This document shows positions 1-20,398 of a stretch of DNA of 64,000 bases, in pieces. The stretch comes from Tubulanus polymorphus (Eukaryota; Animalia; Nemertea). The number at the start of each line of letters is the position of its first letter. Positions within the stretch are counted from its first letter, which is position 1. The DNA lies in contig NC_134025.1 of assembly GCF_964204645.1 (NCBI RefSeq), positions 9,238,001 to 9,302,000 on the forward strand, written 5' to 3'. The notes under the pieces are model-generated. The model was not told the origin of the DNA. It saw nothing but the letters and a program-made list of their open reading frames with translations, and searched no databases. The position numbers were made by a program, and so were the translations under genes.

Positions 1-128
1 TAATCTTCTTAAGTCGTTCAGTTTTGATGCACATAATTTCACAACATATGTCGCATTTGAAAACATTTGTTTTCTGAATGTGTGAATATGTTATTTTAAG
101 CAGTTTATTTTTGAATGTAATTTTTCAG

Positions 129-8739
<8,611 letters not shown>

Positions 8740-9848
8740 ATTCTTCCTTCGATATGTGGAATTATTATCAAGCGTGCAATGATGGATTTTATACAAAATG
8801 AGTAGACCATATGAATAAGGTGTACGTGCCTAGCATGTGAAATGACATTTAAACAAAGGCTAAATGCCTGCAATATATAAACATTGTGTTGGAATTTGTG
8901 ATTGCTGATACAGTTTATAACTCTTGTAGAATTATTAGATTCTCACTGAAACACCTTTGGAGAAGTGCACATGTTTTACTAAGTTTTAATTAAGGATACT
9001 TGGAGAAAAAGAAAAACACGTGTAATCGTCTGTCCTATCTCGGGTGTACGCGGTACATAGATTTGACAAACCTGGATAGGTACCCAGTATGCTTCCGTAT
9101 GATAGCATGGTTTAACAATGATTCTCGTGATTGATCTGTTAGTTATTATTGAATGATTTTGAGTGAGAAAGATACGTGCCGTACATTTTTGCTCCCTACC
9201 AACTTGTGTGTTTAATGAAAAAAGCAGTTAGTCGCTTTGCAAAACAAGAAGAAAAAGAATTTAACTATGGTGCTACTTCCATTCTGTGTTATGTTGTGAT
9301 AATCTACAAGAGGAATTTAGGCCCCATCTTGTATAAATTCATCAAAGTATTTAGATAGATTTTATAAATGCTAAACTGACATTGTTGTGTTGTTTTTAAA
9401 ATCAATGCGTGTTTCTCTATCGGCTTTAGCGACTTGCATCTACTTATCCTGTTCACCTATTCATGTATGCAAGGGATAGTCTATAAAGTGTGATTTCGTT
9501 TAATCCATGTTATATGCCTACTTGCTATTCACATGTAACAGATGTGATACTTAAACCTTTCAAAGTAGCAGTGAATGTTTACCATTACATGAAAAATCCT
9601 CCGCAATATGGTAAGCATACAATGAACTTTAATTTGAACAAATTAGATATTTCTTGTAGCTACATTACACTTTAGCTAGTCTTACATATCAAATTTAAGG
9701 TGCGAGTAATTAAATGTAGTATTTATTTAGGAAATGTACTTTTCTCGTAATAGCTTCAAGAAAAAGCTTTAAAAAGTATTTATATGATAAGTGATGAGAA
9801 ATGAGAAAAGTAAGGAATCGTTTATTTGTGATGCATAACGATCTTTTC

Positions 9849-9854
9849 AATAAA
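9849..9854 (+). terminator. Candidate polyadenylation signal (AATAAA) of the NBEAL gene
   Basis: AATAAA about 1.1 kb after the stop, followed by a GT/T-rich tract (TTGTTCTGTTTGTCTTGTTTGTTT), about 240 nt before the AMD1 start codon. Confidence 0.5.
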
Positions 9855-10023
9855 CTTCTTAGTATGATAATCATATGATATTGTTCTGTTTGTCTTGTTT
9901 GTTTCGGTAAATAGCACGAGTTTATTCTACTGTATATGAATGAATATCTAGGAACCCGGAAGAAGGAACCAACCTTTGACAGTTGCCTGAGCTGAACTCG
10001 TCAACTATTAACACTGTACAGCC

Positions 10024-10053
10024 ACGGAGCTCTCGGTCCTGCGGACGAAATAA
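10024..10053 (+). promoter_or_regulatory. Candidate non-AUG (ACG) upstream ORF in AMD1 5' leader, (M)ELSVLRTK*
   Basis: cagccACGg is an optimal Kozak context around a near-cognate codon; 9 sense codons then TAA, ending 42 nt before the AMD1 ATG. Function inferred only. Confidence 0.35.
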
Positions 10054-10095
10054 ACACAGTGCCCTGGGACTTTTTGACATTTTGCGATATCAACG

Positions 10096-13000
10096 ATGGC
10101 AAATGCGGTAAATGGAAATGATTTTTTCGAAGGAACTGAAAAATTATTGGAAGTTTGGTTCGGCTCAACAACCGATGCAAAAACCGCCGATTTACGAAAC
10201 ATTGACAGGTACGTACCGTACTCGTAGAGTAGTAGACCATTAATTGATTATCCACAATTACTAATTAGTGTAGGTACTGTACTAGTGTACATACAATACA
10301 GCCCAGCTAATATTGAAGAAGGCTAATACTACCTGAGCCTTTCAACCAACAGTGGATGTCTCTACAATACCATTGGCATTTTTTAAAAGTTTTTTTTCAC
10401 AAATATTCTTGAATATGATTATCTTTCTCATTACGATATGATAAAACTGATAAACGTCTTTAGTCGATGCATGTTAAAACACATCTATTGTCATTTTGAT
10501 AGCTATTTTTTAACAACAGCTAGGTATTAGACTAGGGTTAGGTTAGTCTGAATACCAGTCGTTGTTACTGTTCCGTGGAAGACTAGGTTGAGTATAGTCA
10601 GTAACCTGTCTGTGGTTGAGATTTTAAAAGATTACCACCGATGATTAGGTAACTAATTGAGTAGTGCTACTTAAAACCACGGTGGAAAAGACCCAGTGCT
10701 AGCAATATGCCCTGGGTTCGAATAGGCCCTACTGGTTCAAAGAAAAATTGAATATTTCATCACAGTAGATTTGATTAATTTACGATCCTTTGACTATTTG
10801 ATCTTTCTTCAGGTCATTTTGGGAATCTTTGCTGGAAAAAGTAAATTGTCAAATCATTTCTTGCAAATCCATAGATGGATTGGATGCATATGTTCTCAGG
10901 TAAGAAGGAATTTCATTTACCAGTATCTTACACCGGTTTAAGAGTAAGCTTACTTTATATAACAAATGACTAAACCAAATTCTTAGTTCAAGATTTTAAT
11001 AATTTTTTGGATTACCGCCATTTGAGTTATTTTGATTAATTCAAATTATTTCTTAAGATTGAAAATGTATCCTAATGTTAAATTAATGTCAATTTTTTAG
11101 TGTTTATTGAAATGGATTTTGATTTAAATTCGGTTTTTTCTTGCAGTGAAAGTAGTATGTTCATATCGAGGAACAGGTTCATTCTGAAGACCTGTGGTCG
11201 TACGACATTGTTACACGCTGTTGACTCGTTATTGAAACAAGCAAAAGAAGAATTAGGATTTGATACAATCGCGGTAGGCCTAATTACGCCATCCTTTGGG
11301 CCCCCAATAATGGAAACCATTATTGGTTTCGAATTTGATTATGCAAAATAATTTCTACTCTTTTAAGGATGTATTCTACTCAAGGAAGAATTTTCTGCGG
11401 CCCGAACTTCAACCACAAATTCATCAGACATTTGAAGATGAGGTATGAAAAACCTGGTTTTATTCAATTCATTCTTGTACTGTAAAGATTAATTAGTAGG
11501 CCTACCTGTAAGATATATTGTGTTCATGAAAATCAAATATTGACTGAACTTTGATAAGGCGATCATCTTGATAACACGGAAGGTTAATTATGTATATTCT
11601 TGTCTGGTTATGAATGTATTTTCATAGTCAACATTTTAGAGATCGCTGTCATTAGTGTCAGACCCAGTTCAAAATATTTCTAAGAAATCACCTGCTTGAA
11701 ATATGATCTCATTGAATTCTAATTGAACAACACGAATCATATGATCTAATATCTCCCATCAGGGTCATATATTCAGAATCAAATGACTTGCACTGGTACT
11801 CGACGCATATCTACCAAATGGAAAAATTTCTGAACTTTTCCGATACATTTGTTACCATAATTGTAGTTGGTAAATAAATGTAGCAAAAAGTTACTGCGAT
11901 TTATTGAAGTACATGCCTGGTATGTCATAAGTGGCAGAAATTGGGCCAAGAAATGCTTAACTTTTGATTGAATTACATGTATAGGCCTATATTGTTATAA
12001 ATTGGAGCAAATAGCTATAGACTACGAGATATCAGCTGAGCCTTGCCCACTAGCGCTATGTAACAGCCATTGAAAAGGTGGGATAGATTTTAAAAACCCA
12101 TATTAAGGAATATTGATATTAACAACCTGTAACAAGCATCCTGTAACAATGTTCTATAATGAGAGACTGCTCGAGTATCAGGCTGCAACCACTCCATCCT
12201 GTTACAAGTGGCAACAACACAGGTGATTGTGTAACAACCTGGTGATGGTTACTATTACGTAGTGGAAATCTAGTAGTATCAATGAAAGTACTTTTAAATC
12301 AGTTATCAGACTTATTTCTATCAATGATTGTATTTCATCTACCAACATGTATCGTAACTTCTGTTTTATTGTCTTCTTTTAATAGGTTACGCATCTTGAT
12401 GAGATTTTTGATGGTAAGTGGATATGAATATCAATACATCTACCTCTCACTAAAAATTATGATATACTATGTAGAAAAGTTGAAAAAAATATTCTTTATC
12501 ATTCATTAGATGGTGCTGCTTATGCCCTTGGTCGCTTGAATGCCGATTGCTGGTAAGTTATCGCCTGTTTCAGAATTTCTCCGAATTTGTTGACGAAGTC
12601 TTAAGATTTTATTATTTTTTTTGGCAGGTATTTGTACACCCTGGATATTGTTGGTGTAGAGGAGCCAGATCAAACCATTGAAATATCCTTTGATACTAAA
12701 AGAAAACATTTATTTTTATGTCATCGAAAACATGAAAATTCTGTTATTCCCATCAATTTCTGATTAGAATAATCATTCTTTGCTTTTATGTATGTACATG
12801 ACTAACAGCTTTAATTGATACCTATTGGATAAAAAAACTATTCATCGATAAAAAGTGCCTTCGATAGATACTTGTTGATTTATTCCATCCCCTTAACCTG
12901 CAAACTTGCTGATGTCAGATCTTGATCCAGAAATTATGAGTATTTTCACGATTGAGAAGTGTAAGACTGGTGCTGAAGCTACAAAGGTAAATGCAAAAAA

Positions 13001-14959
13001 AACAAATCGATGCCATATACAATTTGCAAGTTTGTGTTTATCATTGTGTCTACACCTATAATGTACAATGTACATATACACCTGTTTTTTTACAGATGTC
13101 TGGTATTGATAAGCTGATCCCTGGAGCGATTATTGACGATTTCCAGTTTGATCCATGTGGTTACTCCATGAATGGGCTCTTACCAGAGGTAAAAAGAAAA
13201 GCTTACAAGCATAATGATTTCGCTACTGAAATCAGTACCATAAGTGTTCAAAATCCCTAGATCTAGGCTAGATCCAGTAATACGTGTGTATATGTTGTGT
13301 ATTAATTCAAAATGATTTCCCCTATCTGCTGAAGTTTGTTTCCTACTTGTTTCTTGAATTTTTAGAGAAAGTTATGCAGCAGAAATCAAAAGGTTGGATT
13401 ACATTCTTCGTGCACTTCAAACATTTTTAACCTGCTAGTTTTAAGTGGGCCTATGAAGTGATTCAAACATGCCTTTAATGATAAGCTTGATAAGCTCCAC
13501 TTCTATTTAGTGAAATTTAGCATTTTTAGAGTGCAATGCTATAACCTCATGAAAAGTAGGCTTATTATGAAGTTCAAACCTCGCAATAGGTATTGTTGGT
13601 ACTGTTTTAGCCCACTCATGTTATTGTGTTCACTAATAATCTTAAGTCCCTGCAGCAAGCTTTTAACATGTTCTATGATAGTGGCAAGGTCATTGGTCTC
13701 CGTATATGTTCACCAGGGGGTGTTGAACATTTTCCAGCAATTCAGACCACTACTCCAGTGGGCATGGTCTCCCTTTTTCTGTTCCAAAATTCCTATTCAG
13801 TGATGAATTTTACTATAACCTGTTTAATTCACCCGCCAATTCAATAACCCGTGGTGCTAAATACTACTCCTTTGAATACCCGGTACTACTTCATCAAAGT
13901 TTTAGGATGTGCTTACAAATCTTTTTTAGCCCACTTGGGACATAAGTCCCAGTGGGCTATTGCGTTCACTTTTCATTCGTCCGTCGTCCGTTCGTAGACG
14001 GAATCCAGTTATTTTGGGAAGTTTTGAAGAAGCTTCAAGATAATGTCTTGATATCTGGTTTATACATGTATCTACCCTAGACACATCTTCAGCCCAAAAA
14101 CTGGCCCTGTTAGAATCAAGATGGCCAAGATTTTGTAGTTTATGACATGTTCTATGACTGTGGTGAGTTTCAAGGTCATTGGGTTTTGCATATGGTCACC
14201 AGGGGGCGTTGAATAGTAGAATTACTTAGTATTTCCATATTAAATTGGTAACGAGGCATATTTTGTTATCACAATCAATTACAAAATCATATCTGCTGAC
14301 ATGTTCTATGATTGTGGTGAGTTTCAAGGTCATTGGTTTCTGTATTTGGTCACCAGGGGGCATTGAATATTGAAATTGTTAGATTGTTGAGCATTGGAAA
14401 CCACTTCCCAAGTGGGCATGGTGTCCCTGGACCCCTAGTTTAACATAGATTTAGTGCTTTACTTCATTGTGTTATTCAACATCTCATTTGGAAAATATCA
14501 TCCACATCACACCAATAACAGTTCGTATCTTGAAACATGGGCAAATATAGACGAATATAGCAGATTTTCTGATGTTTTGATTTCAGACTAAGTATTTCAC
14601 GATTCACATCACACCTGAAGAAGGGTTTTCGTACGTGAGTTTTGAAAGCAACGTTGAACAGAAATGCTACCAGCAACTATTGAATATGTTGATCGACACT
14701 TTCAAACCTGGGAAGGTTTTGGCCACTCTTTTCGCAAACAATGTAACTATTTTTTTCCGAAAAACATTCTTTCGAAAATCAGTTTATGCGACGAATATCT
14801 ACGGTATATGATTTGTATTTTCAGACGTCTTATGCTAGTGATTCTTTGAAGCTGTTCGAACGCGATGAACCGTTGCCGAACTTCAAGTGTTCGGACAGAC
14901 AATTTTGTCGGTTCAAGAATTATAACCTTGTTTACGCTCACTTCAAGAAAAATGGCTGA
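10096..14959 (+). CDS. AMD1: S-adenosylmethionine decarboxylase proenzyme
   Basis: Exons 10096-10208, 10813-10899, 11147-11273, 11368-11442, 12386-12413, 12510-12552, 12628-12682, 12906-12986, 13096-13188, 14587-14742, 14825-14959 join in frame. Motifs FFEGTEKLLEVWF, YVLSE|SSMF (pyruvoyl self-cleavage site), ILKTCG, FYSRKNF, PDQTIE-LLMSDLDP, FDPCGYSMNG, TIHITPE, SYVSFESN. Confidence 0.97.
12683..12905 (+). other. U12-type (minor spliceosome) AT-AC intron in AMD1
   Basis: 5' ATATCCTTT, branch CCTTAAC at 12891-12897, 3' AC at 12904-12905; removing it restores the conserved QTIE|LLMSDLDP frame. Confidence 0.93.
13604..13775 (+). mobile_element. Short, internally deleted HINE-family copy
   Basis: Starts TTTTAGCCCAC, carries one internal unit (ACATGTTCTATGA..AAGGTCATTGG..CACCAGGGGG..TTGAA) and ends CAGTGGGCATGGT, as in the adjacent copy. 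Confidence 0.6.
13922..14441 (+). mobile_element. Non-autonomous Helentron-like (HINE) element in AMD1 intron
   Basis: T-tract insertion site, 5' subterminal IR/hairpin GCCCACTTGGGACATAAGTCCCAGTGGGC, GTCC/GTC microsatellite, two ~155-bp internal repeats, 3' subTIR CCCAAGTGGGC plus short palindrome ending CCCTAGTTT; the layout typical of HINE/DINE elements. Confidence 0.8.
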
Positions 14960-15313
14960 GGGTACGCCTTGTCTCGAAACCTACAAGGCTCCAATTCATC
15001 GCCTGACTATGTTGTATATAACGCAATATCTCATCAAAATTCGAATCGTAGAAATGAGCTCAATTTTCTTCGGCTAACAGGCATCCGTGATAATCTATTT
15101 GTGTGTAATTTATGCTTCGGGTGCAAGCTTTTGCAAGATTTTTGTCTTCAGTATTTTGACAAAGTTTCGAAGCTCAATTTGTTAACCATAATATGCTACC
15201 AATCCGTCTTTCTGTGGCGTTCTCAAAGAGCTCGTCGTAAGCACTGGCAAAGATTCCAACTGACAAGTTTTGGGTTTGCTGAATCATGTAAGTATTATCT
15301 AATTCGTATGTAA
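14960..15313 (+). other. Open in-frame extension (117 sense codons) immediately after the AMD1 TGA; candidate readthrough tail
   Basis: AAT GGC TGA GGG TAC GCC TTG TCT CGA... stays open to TAA at 15311-15313; the ORF-track entry 14969..15313 is in the AMD1 frame. Confidence 0.55.
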
Positions 15314-15506
15314 TTCAATGAGATATACAGTATTTGAAGCATTGTTGTTAATGTTGAAATATTTTATAGATTCTTTGTTCTGGAAAATTGTTTATTGATT
15401 TTTCACTTGAGGGGTAATATTTTATGTATTTTATCACTGTGAATCTTGCTGCTGGTATCTTTGTTTAACTTTTACAGTTCTCAATGAAACGTTAAGGGAT
15501 AGTGTA

Positions 15507-15730
15507 CAGTCGACTCTGCTTTATTTTCACATATTTCGTAGACGTTGGCAAGTTTTTTCAGGTCAGACCTTTGTTAAATAATTTATTTTACTCGTAGAAA
15601 TAACTCGTATTTTTGCTTAATCTGTACTAGATTTTTGGTCCATTTAGTGAAATTACATAGTTATCAAAGCAGTTAATGATTACTGCTGAGATTGTCAGCA
15701 CAAAAGTGGCGAGTTAAGTGGAGTCGACTG
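15507..15730. mobile_element. Tc1/pogo(Tigger)-like MITE, 224 bp, downstream of the AMD1 stop
   Basis: TIRs CAGTCGACTC / GAGTCGACTG flanked by TA on both sides. Confidence 0.75.
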
Positions 15731-16438
15731 TACTAGTGTTCAATATTCATAAGTATTCAAATATTTTTTTAACCAATTGGAAAAAATCTTCCCAAAAAAA
15801 TAATTATATTGCAAATATTTTTTGAAAATGTTTCTTGTATATGCATGATTCTTGTTAATAAAGGTTTATCTTATTCAATATCGAGTTATTCCCTTCAAAC
15901 AAAAATACATCCTCTTTATGTATTTTTGCTTCAATGCATTGTACATCCTCCCATTTTCAAAGTATGGATAAGAAGTAAAGTTGAATGTCGTTAGTACAAT
16001 TCTGTTTAAGATTTATTAAGTTTATAAGCCAGTTTATTTTGATGACTTCCAGCATTTGGATAATACAAAACCCATTTAATACGACAATTTCACTTTTGAC
16101 CACAAGATTCGTATTTACGAAGTTCCACTGTATAAAAGATATGTAAAGATAACTTGAATTTGAAGCGTCTCAAAGGAAAATGGCTTGCCTCCCTACCTGG
16201 CTCGATGATGGATCACAAGAACAAAAAGACGTAAATAACTTTCATTATACTCAAATAAATCTAATATTCTATGCATTGGCACAATAAACGGATAATCTAC
16301 CATAATCTGGACAATTCTGTTTCACCTACCGTTGTACAATATTTTTGTGTGCTAAAACTTCACAACAGAATCATATGCAAGTTATTTGACCAAAAAAAAC
16401 AGTAACTGAAGCTACATCTACACTAGCTTCTTATAATA

Positions 16439-17213
16439 CAGTCAACCTTGGTTAATCCGTATCACTAGGGACTGTGCTTTTTAGTACGGATTAAGTGATA
16501 TACGGATAACAGATAATTCGTAATTGATACGATTTAACTATTACCCATATAAACTATGATTTAAGTGCACAATCCGTATAATAGCTGGTTTAGTTATCTC
16601 TCAAACCGTGGACGACTATTACAGTAGAACTAACGATCCATTTGCCATTTGGGGGGGGATAAAAAGTTCATAGTATCCGATGGTCCATTGGTGTGATGAA
16701 ACACAAACCAACTGGTTTCAGTAGAGTAGGACTATTTGAAGTCATTGTCTGTTTAGTACAGATAACCCACGGACCATGTACTTGAGGGCGATTCATCAAA
16801 GGACTTATGCTGATTGACAGATAATAGCATCTGTACTGTATATTTAGTGAAGCTTGAAACTATGAGATTGATGAATTAACTTCAGTGTTTTCTGGAGTTT
16901 CTCATTTCCTACTGACCACATTAACCTCATTAGATTACAATTCAATTAATTTCATGTTTATACTTTTGTCACTTCAAGTGTATGTTCCTAACAGCTGATA
17001 CAGCTGATACGGATTACACATAAGGATTTACATATAAATTGGACAACGGGACCATGCATTTGTCTACGGAATAAGTGAAAATACGGATTATGGAGTACGA
17101 ATTAGACACTGAATTTCAAAGGGCATAACGTCATTGAAAAATGGGACCAATTTATTTATACGGAATAAGCACTAATACGGTTTAACCGGAGACGGATTAA
17201 CCAAGGTTGACTG
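16439..17213. mobile_element. pogo/Tigger-like MITE, 775 bp, between convergent AMD1 and CLYBL
   Basis: Perfect TIR CAGTCAACCTTGGTTAATCCGT / ACGGATTAACCAAGGTTGACTG, TA target duplication, multiple subterminal TACGGATTA repeats; no transposase ORF. Confidence 0.88.
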
Positions 17214-17554
17214 TATGCGGGTGATGCATCTACGCTAGAAACATGGGTTCAATGTAGTTTTTTCTATGAAACCCGCATTTAATAAATCCTTCTAGAAAAG
17301 AGATCACTCTGCAAGTAAGTGTAAACGCTTCCCCGGGTTTTTATAAAATCCGCGTTTACCAAAATGCGGGTTCACCAATCTAGTGTAGACGGCTTATGTA
17401 GTTCTCCAACTATACACGAAAAATGATGGGGACTAGCGCAGTAACGACCTCTTGGTATCACAGTAAACAAGCCAATATCTTCCAATGTTTCAAGCATAGT
17501 TTAACATCTCGCAAGCATATTTCTAACTTATCCGGAGAGCATTTCCATCTCGAC

Positions 17555-18947
17555 TCAAGTTGGTTTTTTCGTAGAATTTACAAGATGTACAATGTTCTTA
17601 GCCTGGATATATACCGGCATATCAATCATTTTTCCATTGAAAGTAAATGCACCCTGAAAAATATTTCATTCATATATCCACTTATCTCGTGTTTTGAATG
17701 AATATACTGTCATTTGATTCAGTGATTAACAAACCTTTCCAGATTTTTGATGGGTATCGAATGCATCTATAAGATCGATGGCCCATTTGATCTTTTCTTT
17801 ATTCGGTAAGAAAGCCTCTTGTACAACAGGAACCTGCATTGGATGAATAACTTGTTTGCCAAGATAACCCAGTCTGCGTCCTTCTTCCGCCTGCTTCCTT
17901 AAACCATCCACGTCTTGAATGAAATAAGTGTAGCCTATAGTGAATAAGCCAATAACCGGTAGTTTGCCTATTCGAAACAAACAATGAAAAATTATTTAGG
18001 CCTACCTTTGAAAGCTGTATACACCGAATCAATAGGCTGTAAACCGAAAGCTTTTGAAGTTATCACAAACAACTGCCGAGCTGCCATTAACTCAGTCAGA
18101 TCAGGAGTCCTTTCAGCACCTAAAGCATTGACGAGTCCACATGATACGATAAGCAAAGACATGAATCTTAGAAAATACATCAGTACACTTTACAATACCA
18201 ATATCGGCAGCGAAATCATCCGTTCCGAACACGACACCTTCTAAATTGAATTGCTCTTTTTCTGATAGCTCGCATCCTTTCTTACAGATTTCTCTCATGA
18301 ACGTGAATCCTAATGCCGTTTCGATCATAATCGTCAGAGCGATTTTCTTTTCTAATTTTCGATCACCCAAATTTTTCTTGAACTCCTCAGCAAACTATCA
18401 AACAAAAAGATATATGATAGGATATGCAGGTAAAGGTTTTTTTTTTCTTTGAGAACACATACTTTCTCCATCTCTTCCGGTGATTCTACTTTAGGCAAGT
18501 TAATCATGTTCGGTAAACGTTGCGACGAAAGTACAGTTTTCAGATCATCTTTGCCAAATCCGCTTGAAAACGAGTTAATTCGTACTGAGGATTCTGTTCG
18601 TGGTTGCAATGTCAATGTTTGTAAAGCTTCCAAAACATTTTTCCGAGCGATGTCCTTGAATCAGAATTGACAAATAAATACAACAGATGATACGCAAAGG
18701 AAATTAAATCAAGCTGAAAATAACCTACTTTGGCATTTACGGCGACTGCATCTTCGCAATCCATCACAACGCAATCGACGTCAAGACTTTCAACTTTCTT
18801 GATTTTTTTCATATCGCTGGCCGGTACATAAAGAAAAGCCCTCCTAGGTGTATACGTACTTTGCATAGCTACCTGATGATATCTATTGATAACCAGCTTT
18901 GCTAGACTTTGTGTAAATGGTCTACTTCGATACAGTGTGAAAGCCAT
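17555..18947 (-). CDS. CLYBL: Citramalyl-CoA lyase / citrate lyase beta-like protein, mitochondrial
   Basis: Exons 18947-18729, 18654-18463, 18394-18199, 18119-18006, 17913-17735, 17653-17555. Motifs PRRAFLYVPA, DCVVMDCEDAV, SVRINS, LPKVES, MIETALG, VVFGTDDFAADIGA, GKQVIHP, GAFTFNGKMIDMP; N-terminus resembles a mitochondrial presequence. Confidence 0.96.
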
Positions 18948-20269
18948 GAATACTGCCCTACATTAATTAATTAGGAAATAGAAATTAATGAAACCTAGAA
19001 AAACAAACCGTTCAATAACACAAAACCAGGAATTATATACATATCAATTACTAATAGTAGGGGCAATACCTGAATAAAGATATCTATTTTAGATTATAGG
19101 TTATATCAAAGCTGTCTGTAGCAAATTTGGCAATAAGTTTATGGAAATTACAATCAGTCAGTGGCATTTTAAATTGCTCTCGAAAATCTAGAAACTTTGC
19201 TTATGGATATAGACCAAAGACAAAAGTGTTGTCTCAGCTTGTCAAGGACAAAGCAAAGGTCGGTTGCCGCAAACGAGGCTGAGAGGAGAAACATTTACAT
19301 TCTATAAGGAGATCTCTAGGAGTAGGGATGTCTCTAGGACTATTGGTATACCTGCCTCTCTCAATTTGGAAAACTTATACGTCTGAATAGAAATGTTCAG
19401 GTTGGTAATTAGTGCGATTTTTGACAGGTTTTTTGCAGTTCTCAAGTGTGCTGTCAGTTTCAGCCGGCCCGACAAAATTCGAACTTTTTTAACACTTGAA
19501 TGAAGTTAGAATCTGACAATTAACAATTGCTCGTACGACACTGCATGCAGAGTGAAAGGGCCATATTTATCGCCAAAAGTCTTTGAATTATATTTATTTA
19601 CATTACAAGTTCACTTTCACTTTCTACTCCACACAACTGCACAAACTCAGATGGATGCTCGTACCACCGGAATCAATTCAATCAAATTAAACATTTATTC
19701 CATGAATATAGTTAATAGTATGATTGCGCTTTTTCGCTTTAATTTACGCCTCGTCGAATGAATGGTGAGCGAAATCGATATTTTAACATTTAGGTACCTT
19801 TTTGTTAGTTGAATCTGACAGTTATTGAACGTTTTTTGCTATATAAACGTCATATTTAAGGCCTCAGATATTTTTCTTGTTGACTTATCGATCAAGTCAA
19901 TTCAATATATACTGGCCTACAACATACAGTTAATGATTGGTAGCAGGTCAACTCGTGTCCTATTGCTGACAACTCTCGTTTTGACAAGCTATTCCCTTCA
20001 ACTTAAAATACTTATTTAGCCTGTTTAATTTTTGAATTGATGCTATGATTCCTGTTTGATGCCAAAACAAAAAACAAGAATTTTCCTTATTAATTAGCCA
20101 ATTGCGACATCGATCAGGTAACAGGCCTGGGCCTATACGCGCGATTGAAGATACTTTTGCTTTCTGTGAAAAAACCTTTTTTCTGATATAATGTTTTTAT
20201 ATGTTGGCTGGTATTTTTATCTTTGTGAATACCAGCAAGATGCTAGGCCTAGGCCTATAGGGCCTATGA

Positions 20270-20398
20270 AATATCAAGAAACGTAAGATAAAAACCCACT
20301 ATCTACAGATTAAAAGAATTTAAAAACAAGAATTTATTTATTCAATCTAAAATATAGAATACACGACGTTTCGATCTCACCCTAGAGATCATCGTCAG
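20270..20398 (-). mobile_element. Penelope-like element terminal fragment with minimal hammerhead-like motif
   Basis: Minus strand: CTGACGA-T-GATCTC(TAGGGT)GAGATC-GAAACGTC followed by AATAAA and a T-rich tail; resembles PLE pseudo-LTR ends. No helix I partner is visible. Confidence 0.5.

Noticed and set aside
14865-15077. +1-frame ORF overlapping the AMD1 stop, suggesting antizyme-like +1 frameshifting at GGC-TGA
   Set aside because: Only 39 codons beyond the stop, no recognisable product, and GGC-TGA is not an antizyme shift site I know; the 0-frame tail is the much stronger signal.
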